From NCBI GenBank assembly GCA_013265495.1, contig MU063499.1:1550001-1614000 (forward strand): a stretch of DNA of 64,000 bases. Direction: 5' to 3'. Positions within the stretch are counted from its first letter, which is position 1. Each line of letters opens with the position of its first letter. Below the pieces are notes generated by a model. The model was not told where the DNA came from and made no database searches. It worked only from the letters and a program-made list of their open reading frames with translations. The position numbers were made by a program, and so were the translations under genes. Source of the DNA: Vicugna vicugna (Eukaryota). Shown here piece after piece: positions 41,835 through 54,600 of the stretch.

Positions 41835-43959
41835 CTGCCCGGCTTCTCAGGGGAGGGGATGAAGTTCCCATACCTGCCTGACTCCCCTGTCAAGGTCATT
41901 CCCAGGTACTTCAATCAAGGCTGTCCATAGCAGCGGCAGCCTGGATAGTGGAGGCTGGACTATGTGGCCCCCTGACAACTCTCTTCAGGGAACCTGGGAG
42001 TCCCTCCTCTCTGGGATGTCCCTTGCAACTGGGGATGGTGACTCAATTAGGGCTCAGGGGCTGCAGAGGGAGTGGGTTTCCAGATGGCAGGGTCACACCC
42101 CAGGACCCTGACAAGTGATACAAGAGCTTGGAAGCAGAGACCCTGCTAAGAGTCACTCCATGTCTGAACCTTAGCTTTCAATCTATTAAATGAGAGAATG
42201 GCAGCCCTCACCTCACAGGTTGTCCAAGGATCGGAAGATTCATGTCACGAGGTGCCTATACTATTGTCACTACTGCTACTGTTTAGGATTCTGCAGAAGG
42301 AATCACAGTCCCCTCCTTGCCTCCACACTCTCCCTGCTAGATCAGCACCCTTAGGATCCAAAGCCATTCCTAGGCAGGTAGCCTTGGTCTCCCTAGGGTC
42401 TGCCCATCACGTACCCCACCCCTCTTCCCAGGCCTCCTTGGATAACACCCTCTCCATCAAGCATCCTGTCTGTGTCTCCGACACCTTGGCCTCAGCCCTG
42501 GAGGTGATAACAGGGGAGCCTGGACACAGGGATGTCACTGATATGGTATGGCCACAGCCGGCTCCCTTCCATCTCTCTCCAGGCATCAGGCCTGTGTGCA
42601 CTGGACCCTGGGCCAATGTATATGCCCAATTCCATGTTCAAGAGCAGAACCAGCCTGACCTGGGTCTGACTCCTCCACTTTTGCCTGCAGTTGTGCTACC
42701 CCCTCCTTGGAGTCTGGGGCTGCATCTGCTGTGTTTCTTCCTGAGTCTACCCAAAGACCCACCATGACCCACCGTCCTTCTGCTGAGCCCTGGTGCCAGC
42801 ATTCAATGGCTCTCCACTCACTGATAGGGCACAAGCATGCAGGCCTCTGGGTCCCCAGCCGATGCTGATTCCCACCGCCACATCTTTGCTCATGATGTGC
42901 CTGCTTCCCCTCCTCCTTTCCCTGCCTATCTAAATCCTCCCTAGCGTGAGGGTGGGGAAATGGGCTAGAAGGAGTTTCTGGGGCAGATGAGGGCAGAATT
43001 CCAAAGTGCAGGGACTGGTTGAGCTAAGGCCAAGCCTGCCCCAATCCCAAATGAACACTTGAGATGCAACAGCCTTCTGTCCCAAGTGCCTTAACTCTCT
43101 CAACATTCCCCTGGACCTGCTCCAGTTATCCCTGTCCCCTGGGGTGGGACTCTCAGCTGAACCCTACATCCCGGGGAGACCCAAGTGATACAGTCCAGCA
43201 GATGGTCCCATCCTGGGGGATAGGTCATCTCTCCATTGATGTGGTCTGGGGAGGTGCACTCCACCTGCAGTCCTGGCAGGAAGCCCAGAAGAGCTCAGGG
43301 GAGCTCCAGAGGACACCCAGCGCTGGCTCTCCTTGACCCCAGCCTCTAGCCCTGGTCCCTAGGGCCAGCTCTGAAGCAACAGAAAGCCCCCGGCGCACTG
43401 GGTGCAGGGCCTCAACAACCACAGCAGGACTGCCCTCCTGCTGGTGTCCTTGGCCCAGTGAGCTAACTGGAAAAACCCAACAGCTCCCACAGCAGCTAGA
43501 CTGCATGGCCCCCACCTCTGCAAAGGCAGCTGGACAGAGGAGAGAGACGGGGGCTGGCTGGTCTACGGGTTGTTGCAGCTACATGCCAGCCGTGATGGAG
43601 CTTGGATGCTTGCAAGGGCAGAGGGAGCCAGCCTCATCCCCCACAGCTCCAAACAGTCCTGACTGGAAGGGGGATAAGCTTTGAGGCGCCAGGAACAGAG
43701 ACAGCCACCATAGGACATAAGAGGCGCCAGGACCAGTGACCAGGACAGGCCCCCATCAGACTGTTGAGGCATTTTGCTAAGTCCCAGAAAGCCTGGAGCA
43801 ATGGGGCTTGGACTCAAGTCAGCACCCAACCTACCCACAGAGAGGAAGGTAGGGGGAAAGAAGAGGAAAAGGAAGGCAAAGGAGAGGAGGGAGAAAGGGG
43901 AAAGAGGGACCACGGAGGCTGCAGGAATGGCCCTATTTGCCGAGTGGCTCTGGCCACTC

Positions 43960-44120
43960 TGGGGCAGGTGCTTCACACACTTGACCTTGCTGATGTACAA
44001 CCCCCGAGGAAGGACCATTCTGATCAGGCCCACTTAGATGGGACACTGAGGGGTTAAGTTACACAGAGGAGCTCAGATTTGAACCCAGTCTGTCTTATCC
44101 AAAGCGTTTGCTTTAGGTCA
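43960..44120 (+). mobile_element. MIR
   Basis: cccacttagatgggacactgaggggttaagttacacagaggagctcagatttgaacccagtctgtct. Confidence 0.65.
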
Positions 44121-47100
44121 TACTCTGCAGTTCTGTTCCCTGCATTTATCTCCAAACTTGAAGGTGAAGCACAAGGTAAACGTAGCACAGGGATCAGCAG
44201 GAGGCTTGGGGGACCTGAAAAGGGCCTGGGGGGCCCAGGGTGATGCTGAAAGCCTGAGGCCTGTGGAAGGCAAGAGGACCACTCTGGAGGGGAGGAGGCG
44301 GAGGACCAGCAGAACCAGCCTGATCGACTAACCAACCATCCAACTCTGGGAGTAAAAGCAGGCACGCGTGCAAAGCTCCTCTCTGCAGCGAAGGTGAACA
44401 GGCCCTAATCTCTGGAAAATTAAATCAGAAAGAAAATGGAATGAGAAAGATTTGATGCAAGCTGGGCCCTGCTGCGCCTGTCTCCTCAAAGGCCTGGGCT
44501 CAGCAGGGAGTTCAGCTGGGGACTCTAGCATCCCAGCCCCTTCCCCCTGCCCAGGGCACTGAGCAGGGCACAGTCAGGGTTGGGGGAGTGAACCCCATAT
44601 GACCCTCCTGGGGGATTTGCTGTTCTCCAGCCTCCTCTAGCCACATCTCAGTGTCTTGTCCTTGAATTGAAAGGCACAGCTGGGGGCGTTTTAACTGCCC
44701 AGCCCATATGTCAACAGGTCCCTAGAGATGGTAGGATGTGGTGGGATGTGTCTCCCTAGGCCGGCCTACATGGGCAAACACTGGAGAGGCCACAGGATCT
44801 GGGGTGGGAGACAAAGACCAGCTGCTGGAATGGGGTACACTCGTGCCAGAGACAGGGGAGCCTTAGGTGGGAGGATACAGGGCTCATGGTCACTGAGGGA
44901 CTCAGCCTGGCCAGGAGGGAGGTGGGGGGTTGGGGGACTGGTAGTGATTACCTCAGGGATCCCAGCCAGTCAGGGAAAAGCTGGCCCCTGCCCTCACCCC
45001 TTCCAGGCTGCTGCCCCTGTATCCTGCCTTCATGGGGAAAATCAAAGGCACTGACATAGCTGCTAATCACCCTGACCAAAAGATGGATGGAGTAGCCAGG
45101 TACCTAGGGGCCCTTCCAATGAGAGCACTCAGGACAGATCCAAGATAGGCTGCACTTCCTGGGCTCTCTCCACACCCAACCAGCCTTGGGCCCCACAGCC
45201 CAGTTCCTTTGGGGCCACCTCTTGGTAAGTTCACAAAAACCCTGATCCAGCTAGCTGCTCTGGGGACACACCAGACCCTAGACTGTGTGTGTGGCAGAAA
45301 GCTCCCTGGGGCAGGGGTTGTGGCTCCTCCTTGGCTCGCCTTGGTGTGGGGCTTGTAGTAAGGCAAGGGCCAGGGGCCCCTGGAGCACCCCCAGCACACA
45401 GTCGGCACACAGGCAGTGGGTTCTGGGCCACTCGGCTGCATGCTTCATCAGCTGCTGACAATCACCAGCTGCCACATTAGGTTCCCACGTGGCTGTGCCA
45501 CGCTGCCACCATCCTGTAGTGGGTTGGCTCCATAGTTAGTCAGCTGTATATGGTGTCATGTCACAAGCAGGCTTTGGACATTATGATGCTGGTTGTCATA
45601 TTATTAATAACTAACCTTTATATCAAGTAGGGATTTCCCAGAATAAACCCCTCTGTTTAGAGGAGGTCACAACTGTATGCCTACTTGGGCCATTACAATG
45701 TGGTCCAGCATTGGGCTATGATGGAGGACACAAAGGTAGTGTGGGAACAGGGAGGAGGGCTTGTGGCCTAGCTTCTAAGAACAGGTGAGGATGTGGTTGT
45801 TCTGGGTTGGTGGCCCATTCACGGCCCCATCTCCTCCCACCTCCACCGCCATGTCCTCACATCCCCACTGGGGTACTCTCGTTTATGCCACAGGCTCTTG
45901 CTGGGGCCTCTTGAGCCTGGGGCAGCAGGGACAGACCAGACCTTGTCCCTGCCCTCGTGGGACTCACCACCAGAGGGGACAGACACCTGTTCAGACTGCT
46001 AACGGCAGGGGGTGGCAGTGGGGGAAAGGTGGACAGGAGACATCTGGGAATGAGACTGGTCTGCTTGGGTAGTGGGGGTGGTGAAGGAAAAGACTGAGTT
46101 TGGTTTTCAGGAGAGAGATTATCTGAGCAGCGTCTGAAAGGCTGGTGGGAGTCTGCTACATGTTGGGGTGACTGGGGGATAAGGGACACGAGGCAGGAGT
46201 AACGGCAGGTGTCACTGGGCAGGGAGGAGGGAAAGGGCTGCTCAGTGGTAGGAACACAAGGACTTGTGGGGGGCAGAAGGGAAGTAAGGGGGCAGATTCT
46301 GATGGGAAGGGAGGTAGATACCCTGGTGCTAGGGGGTGGGGTAGGGAAGTTGTCAGGGGAGGAGGGGGGTGTGGCTTAGATCATAAGGTGAGCCAGTCTT
46401 GGTGGCTTGGTGGCCCCTTCGCCCCTAAAAGGCAGCTGTTAGGAGCTTTTACCAGCAGATTCCCTTTGAAAAACTCACAGGGNNNNNNNNNNNNNNNNNN
46501 NNNNNNNNNNNNNNNNNNNNNNNNNNNNNNNNNNNNNNNNNNNNNNNNNNNNNNNNNNNNNNNNNNNNNNNNNNNNNNNNNNNNNNNNNNNNNNNNNNNN
46601 NNNNNNNNNNNNNNNNNNNNNNNNNNNNNNNNNNNNNNNNNNNNNNNNNNNNNNNNNNNNNNNNNNNNNNNNNNNNNNNNNNNNNNNNNNNNNNNNNNNN
46701 NNNNNNNNNNCAAAACAATAAACCAAATCCTCCCCACTGAGCTAGGGCCAGTCTGTGTCAACCTCCCTGCACTTGCCCCAATGCAAACCCCCTCCTCTGC
46801 AAGGCCTGCCCCACGCTGGCCCCAGGGCAAGGCACGGCCTGCCACAAGGGAGCGCTGATGCCTGGCCCACTGCTGGGTGTGGCCAGTGCTTGCTCCTCTG
46901 AAACAGATGTGAATTCCTATACTGACTTTAAAACCGTGGCAATCCTGATTATCCACCCTTTATTTCAGACCTGACTTGGAATGAGGCCTCTTGCATTAAG
47001 GCTTGTATAGTTTAGGTGAGAGCACCCTGGAGGAGTATGGCCTCTACCCAGCTCCAAGTGTGACAGGTCTTTTCTCTGCCCAAGGGCAGAACTCTGAGGT

Positions 47101-47204
47101 TCCTGATGGTGCCTGTGGGGAGAGGAGCATATACCAGCTCAGGGGAAACTGGGGGAACCTTCTCACGCTCAACGTTCCTAAACCCTGAGAGCACTGTCTG
47201 GATA

Positions 47205-47270
47205 GATAGTGAGCTCCCCATCACAGGAAGTATGCAAGCCACCTGTCAGGGATGCTGAGCAAGGATTCAC
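47205..47270 (+). mobile_element. CR1/L3 3' fragment
   Basis: gtgagctccccatcacaggaagtatgcaagccacctgtcagggatgctg resembles the recalled L3 3' region. Confidence 0.5.
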
Positions 47271-48639
47271 CCATGGTCACCCTGCACAGTAGCTGCACTG
47301 TAGGCTGCCATCTTTAGATAACAGCATTCTCAGGGCTGTGTGCCTCCATAAAACTTGCAGTCTGTGACTCTATCTTTCCTAGGTTCTGGCTCCCTGGGTG
47401 GTCAAGGGGACATCTGGGGACAGGTGGGATGAGAGAAAGGAATCTGACGGGTGGGGGGGTCTCCCTACCACAGAGGTGACAGTGCCCAGTGGCAAAGTCC
47501 ATGGGGGCTGGGGAGGGGGCACACTCATGCTTACTTCAAAAGCAAATGCTTCAGGGCCAGGACTCCATCACCCACCACCCAGTTCCCAGGCCATAAGTGA
47601 AAGCTCTAGCATGGGCCACTTAGTGCCTTCCCAAGAAGCCCCCTTTGAGAGCCCCTTCCTCCAAGTTTCCACCACTCCTTAAGTCTAAGATGCTTGACCC
47701 AGGCCTGGTGGTGTGTGGTGCAGTGCCGAAAAGACTCATCCCCAGCCAAGAACTGCCCTGATCTCATGGGGATTATGCATGTACCTCCTGCAGCTGCCAT
47801 GCTGAGCTCAGCCAAGGCTTTCACGGAGCAGAGAACCTGAGATGTGGAGCCCCCAGCATTCCAGGGCCCACAGGGCATCAGGACCCCTGAAACCAGCCTC
47901 ACCTGCAGTGTACACCCATCAGTTCTGGGCACGCTGAGGTGTCTGGGTGCTGTGTACACCCCAGGGGGAAGCACTTACTCAGAAGGCAGCTGGATCACAG
48001 GGAAGGATGGGGGCCTGTACTCCACTAGAGGGATAGCTGTTTACCACACTCATGGCATGGGTCCCTGGACAGTTCCAGCCTCCAGGCCTTTGTCTACTCA
48101 GGTGATGTTGGAGAGCAGGGTAACTGTGTCACGGCCTGGCCAAGTGGACAACTGCATAGAGACTCTCAGGGCCCCGTTTTCTTGATTTGGTCCAGGATGG
48201 CATCAGGATTGGGGGGTTTGAGCCCGAGGTGAATCAAACTACACGCAAGATCTGGGGGCTCCTGCTTGCTCCCCCTCCCTGAGCTGGGAGCCGCCGGCTG
48301 TCGAGGCAGCTGGGAGGGAAGCTGTGCCCAGCACGCCAGCTGGCATGGGGGAGTGCGAGTAAACATACCCACACTTTCCTAACTCACAGAAGTCGCCGAG
48401 TGGCGGCCGGCTGGTGTGGGTGCCCATGTTTATGGGAAACAGATTGTTTGTGCCTGTGTCTGGGCCCCCTTGCCTCCCACTCTGGCTCAGCTCTCTCCCA
48501 CTGCCTTCCACCCAGGAGGCCCCGCCTTCCTTCCCCCAAGACTCCTCAGCCTCTCAACCTGAGAAGGATGATGATGGTGATGACAGGGCCTTCCCTTCTG
48601 TGTGGCCAGCTGGGGCTCAGTGCGTAACCCACTGAGTCA

Positions 48640-48760
48640 CCCGTCAAAACAGTCTTACAAGGCAGGTGCAGTTATTGTCCCCATTTTACAGCTGAAGAAA
48701 CCAAGGCTCTGGTGGGTGAAGAAACTGGCTGGAAACCACACGCAGTGAGCGAAGGAGCCC
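48640..48760 (+). mobile_element. MIR
   Basis: gttattgtccccattttacagctgaagaaaccaaggctc. Confidence 0.7.
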
Positions 48761-51509
48761 TTGATGGTAGGCTTCTCAGACTCCAGTCATCAGTTCCAGG
48801 CCCCGGGGTCCCTCAGTAACCCCACCCCCGACAAGCCCAGTCTGCCCTTTACCCGGGTCACAACCTTGAGCAGCCCTGGCCCACTGTGATCTTGGACATG
48901 GACCCTGCCCTCTCCTCCACAAAACAGCCCCAAGAGAGACCAGGGCCTGGGCACTGGCCTGTATCTGGCCTCTTCAGCCCCTTCACCTCTGAGTCTCTGT
49001 CTTCAGCTCTGGAAGACCCAGTCTCCCCGCTCTTATGAGTGAGAGTTCCAGCAGGCTGGGGTGAGGGCTCTGGGAGCCAGGGTGGGCAGAGGTACCAGCA
49101 GACCCTTGGCAGACCAGGGAGGACTCCTCATTTCACAAGCCAGCCATTATCAAGACCTCATCTAAGATGTCTGTTCCTCAGCCCAGAGTTAGCAGAAATT
49201 TACCCCATAAATACCCTCATGAGATGGATTTGAGGCTGGGCCTGAGGCACAGTTCTGACGGCCAGGGAGCAAAGGCTTCCTTTGCTCACATCACCTCCAT
49301 TCCATCCATCCCAGCACTGATGGCCTGGGGTGGGCAGCCCTCTCAGGGACCCAGGTAGGGCTCTCAGGGACTCCAGAGTGGCCAGAGTGGACCTCTCCCT
49401 GAGAGTTCCCAAGCAGGCTTCCTGGGGCAGGAGTTTGTCAGATTTTTTTTCATCCATCCCTCTCCCTGAGCTGTGACAAAGGCACCAGGAGGGGCTCCAT
49501 AGCTGGTTGGCTTCTTATCTCACAGATGAGGAAACTGAAGTGCCAGGCAGGTTGGAATCTGTCCAAAGGAGAGACCCTCCCACCCCCAAGTCCCCTGCAC
49601 TCGATGCTGAGAATTGGCTAAAAAGCCATGGGTCTGAATCCCTACCTTGCTCTTTACCAGCTTGTGGCATGGCACGAGCCTTCACCCTGTGTCCATACAG
49701 CTCTGATGTGCCTCGGCCAGGCTTTCTGCGGCATTCCTCAAAGCCAAAAGGGCAAATGCAAGGTGCTGCCAGCTTCTCATGGGGCCTCCTTCCAAGTCTG
49801 CTCCCAAGGCCCTGAGAGCTTTCCCTGCCCCACGCTGCCCTGCAGGGCCTGACTTTCCAGGCCTCACAGGCTGGAAGTCTTCCCTTTGCTGCTGAGACTT
49901 GCTACTGAAGATGTCACCAAATGACAGCACCAGTCACAATGAGAGGCCCTCAGGTGGGCTGCTCTTGTGAAAACACAGGACCTTGGCATGTCAGGTACAG
50001 GGGATAAAGAGAGGTGGAGGTAAGCCAGGGAGTGCCTGCCACCTCCCACGGTATCAAGGGCCACTTTAGGGGCCGAGTCATCCCAGGGTCCTTCTCCACG
50101 TCGTGCGCTCACTGTATTTCCAGGTACACGTGCCTGACTCACACACCAGCTTACACACACCAACCTCAGCACATTCACACCCAGTGCCAGGGAGCTGCTT
50201 GCAGATCCTGCCCATACCTTCCACTTGGGCTTACAGAAAAAGTGCCATAGCCTGGATGGACCTGTCCACTGTCACTGGATGCCCAGCAGCCCCAGGCCTG
50301 GGTGAGGCTCTGTGAGTTTCCATCCACACGTCAAAAGGTGGTCTGCAGCCATCTGAAATGTTTTAAGCAGTGAAACTTTTCTGGCCACAGGTGGTTGGAG
50401 CTACCAAAGGTCGTGACCCTAAATCCTTCTGCTGGACACGGCACTGGAGAGGGTGCTAACAGCACGGAGGGCTCTGGGGCTTGCTGGGGGCAAGGGCACC
50501 ACCTGACCAACAGTGGCCTCTACATCAGTGTCCCCAGGAGGGCTGGGCTCCCTCCTCTGATCACTAATGCCCAATGTCAGGGGCTAATCAGGCAGTGGGT
50601 ATCAGAGTCACGCAGGAGCCTGCCACAGTGAGTGAGCAAGCAGGTGGACAAGGGAGCACACCCACACCCGGGTTGCCTTGTTCACGTCCTCTGTCAGCAC
50701 CTCCCAGCTCCGTCTTAGTCCTTCCCCTAGTTTTTCTTTTATTTTTCTCCTACTTCCAATTTATAGGCTCTTCTTGAATTTTATGTATCCTTGTAAAAGT
50801 CCTTAAATCTTCTGAAGAATAAGTCAGAGGCATAAATAAGCAAACAAACAGGACCAGGATCCTGCACATGCTGATGATACACTGAGGACAGGTACACATT
50901 AGGGACATGCATGCACTGAGGTAACATGCTGGGGACACACACCCAGAGGGGACCCACTCTCTCCTGTCATTCACAGGCTCTCCTGAGCCCTCATGGAAAA
51001 GCTCGAAAAATCCAGAGCGGTCACCGCACAGGGATTCCTAGAGCTGGGAGAACAGTGGTCTCCACATCAACTCCTAGCTGGGGGCTCCTGAGCAGGTCCT
51101 GGCCCCTCTCTGCACCTCAGTCTCCCCTCATCTCACTGTGGGGAAAGAGGGACAGTCTGTGACATCTCAGCTCCAGGTTCTTCCTCTATGAAGGCAAGAA
51201 CCTCAGTGGCCACTGGGGTCAACATTTATCTTCACTGTGTCCGTGCACAGTGTTTGCCATGCAAATGAACTATGCAAACAGGACCCACGGCCCAGCCACA
51301 CTGGCGAACACTGTGAGGGCCCTTGGCCTGAACAACCATGAACTTCAAAGTAAGTGTGCTACGCTCAGGGGAGAAAGACGCTGCGCCTGGGCTCCCACTC
51401 CAGGTGGGCCCCCTCCTCACTGCCCAGCTTTGGAGGCTGCCTGAGAGGGTGATGACTGCACAGGAATAGCTGCCAACACCAGTGGGGCCCAAACGAGCTT
51501 CCACTTGAA

Positions 51510-51630
51510 CCATCCACAATGTGAAACCCTCACAAGCCCAGTTGTTGTCCCCATTTCACAGACAAGACAACTGAGGCAGAGGGTAATTGGTGAAGCTGGG
51601 TTTCACACAGACTAATAACATACTTGAACA
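51510..51630 (+). mobile_element. MIR
   Basis: tgtccccatttcacagacaagacaactgaggcagaggg...acttgaacacagatcctg. Confidence 0.65.
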
Positions 51631-54600
51631 CAGATCCTGTTCCAGACTGCCACCTCCAGCTCCTAGCATCTGGTCTACATCCGTGGGATCCTGTGACTCG
51701 CCTCAGCCCCAGCCCTGCCCCAGGCCCCCTTCTCTGGGAAGCCTCTCTGACTCCCCATCAGTCATGTCTGTGGGGCTGTGCGGCCCCAGAGCTATGAAAG
51801 TCAGTAGGGGTCAGCTGAGTCTGGTGTTTGCAAACTTCAGTCTGTTTGAATGTCCCTGGAGAGCCCATCTCTCAAAGGCACTTGGGCAAATTCTCCCAGG
51901 AAGCACAGCCCCTTCAGAACAAGCCCCTAATCCATCTGCCCAGGACCATCCACTCAGGTCAACTGATGGTGTCCACTGAATCCTCCCTCTGCCCAGTGGT
52001 CCCAGAGAACCCATCGGGCCCTGAGGCCTACCCGTCATTCACCAGGCCTGTCCGCCCAGTGGGACTGTGGAAAGGGCACGCACAGGTCTGGACTGGACCC
52101 AGCGGGTGGGCATGCCCTGAGGAGATGCTTCTACCTGCAGAAAACCATCCTAGCTTTGCAAGGCTTGAAGCCCAGGACCTCAGGATACAGATAGGTAAAC
52201 TGAGGTCCAAGAGGGAGGGGTGAGCAACAGGGCAGGGCCAGGAAGACTCAGGATCCAGTCACTGGCATTTCCTCTGTGCTAGGGAGGTCAGAGAAGACTT
52301 TCCAGAAGAGGGCTGTGAATGGATGGGCAGAGAGAGGGCCCACCTGGCAGAGGAACAATAGCAAAGGTGGAGGTGAGTGACTGGTTAGGCACAGGGGCCT
52401 GTGAACAAAGCTGCCGGGGAGCGGGGGTCCAGTGGCAGGGCAGAGGCAGCTCTGTCCCCTACCCCTCACCGGGACCTTGGGGGATGGTCTGCTGGTGTGA
52501 ACTCTCTGAGAACCCAGAGGGTCATCTGGCAGGCTGGGGGCAGGCCTGGGTCCCTGCACACAGTGTGACCTTGTCCCCTCTGCTCCCCACTTTGCCCAGG
52601 CCTAGGCATCTCAGGTCTTAGTGGTGATGATGCTCTCGTGTCCTCTGCTCAGCAACCTCCAGCAGGAGGGAGGGATGCCTGAGCGTCCAGCTCCATCAAG
52701 GGCTCCCTGTGCAAAGAGGCAATGAGGGCAATGATGCCAGGAGGACAAGAGCGGAACAAATTGCCCCAATTATGTAAGGAGGCCCTATGTCCTCCTTAGC
52801 AGGGAGAAGAGAACTGGGAAGCTATGTTCCTCCTCCCCCACTCACACCCACACCACTGGGCCTGCTGGGAGACCCTTCACAGGGGGCCCACTGAGAGGTC
52901 CCCACAAGCAGGGTCTATAAGCCCAGGCCACCAGGGGCAATGGCAGAGGATCTTGGGGATGGGCTCTGGTTGGCCCCTTTCCAGGGGCCTGCAGGGAAGG
53001 ATCAGGGCAAGAGGCCTAGATTGGCCCTGGTCAGCCATTGTTTCCAGAGGGTCTCTGCGCGTACCCTGGCCCCTCTGGTTTTCTTGCCTGTGCACTGGGG
53101 TGGGCAGCCTCCCTGCCTGCTTCCTCAGAACTCCACACCCCAGGCCTCTCCCCTGTCCCAGCCACCATGGAGCCCTGGGAACTCTGAGCCCCTCTAGAGT
53201 TCAACTATGGTCCCCACCCCACCACTGGGACACGGCTCAGGTCTTTCTGGTGCCCCAAAAGGGTCTAAGCAGGGAGCCCCCTCTCTTAGCCGCAGAACCA
53301 GGCTAAGATGCCAGACCAGCCATGTCCTCAGTGTGGCTACAGACACAGTCTAGCCTCCACCCTCACCCCCGGGCCTGGACCCCTCTGAGTTGCTGTCTCC
53401 TCCCTTCATGCTAGGGCTTCTGAGGAGCACTTGGAGATGCCTCAGGCCAAGGCCTTAAGGTCATGCCCTGCCTCTAGGTCCCTCCCTGAAACAGGCAGCC
53501 CCAGCATAGGCCCCTTTTCCAGCTGGGCCTGGGTAGACTCTGCCCTAGAGGACTGGCCTGCAAAACTGGCTGGGAAACCCCTCTATATGGTTCCATGTTT
53601 TGCTGGGCTGCAGACATGCTGTGAAGATCTGGCTATCAGGCTCTCTGAATTTACAGAGCTAGCAGGTTAGGGTTGCTAAACTGCAGATTTATCTCCTGCC
53701 ATAAATCCAGGTGATGCAGGAGCCAGCGTATGTGCCTGAGTGTGTGTCTGTCCATGTATGCTGGAAAACATCACGTGAGTGTATGGCAGGGTGTGTGTAC
53801 ACAAGTGTTCATCAGCCTGCACATGCGAAGGATGATAGTGTTGCTGTGAGTGTGCAGTGCATGCACAAACACGTGTCCAGGCACACGTGTGCATGTTGGG
53901 GGAAAGCTCACTGTGGATGACGTGGGGTGCATCCTTCCCTGAGTGCATCCCCGAGTCTCCTGTGTCTCTCTGCTCAGGGACCATCTATGAGCATGTGACA
54001 GACCTGGGACATCCTTGCATAGACCCAGTCCCCTGCCCCTGTGCTCATTGTCTCAGAGGGACTAAAGCTCAGCACTGGTCACACATCCAGATTCAGGCCA
54101 GCCAGACTGGGCTGGTGCCTTCTTCCAGCCACTGACCCCACAGACACAGGGACGCCTCTCAGTGTCTCTGGGCTGCAGCAGAGAAAGCCCCAGGACACAC
54201 CTTCCCACTTGTGCATGTGGGGCGAGGACGGAACCAGTAGACAAAGCAGTCCTTCCTGCCCATCCCTACCCACAGACAAGAGAATCCAGAAACACCACAG
54301 AAACAATTGATCTCCTTACTGACAGTGGCTGAGAAAAAATTATCTTTCTCTGAACACTAAAAATAAAGCCCAGTTTCCTAAAAGCAGGGCCCTCCTCAGC
54401 CCACAGCTTAGAGAGGCTTTGTTGATATCTCCAAATGTAGATTTGTTGGATAAGTGGAGAGCCCTAAACCCTCAGCTGCCTCACCTAGGGACTCAGCCTT
54501 GGGGCAAGAAGGTGCTCCCCTCACCATGATCCAAGCCTGGACCTCAGCTATGCTATGAGCCCAAATGACGCTGTCCGAGGTAGGCAGGAAGAGAGCAGCA

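Noticed and set aside
43825-43915. Long purine tract giving a minus-strand polypyrimidine tract plus TAG|GT (recursive splice site?)
   Set aside because: The reconstituted donor GTTGGG is far from consensus; most likely simple low-complexity sequence.
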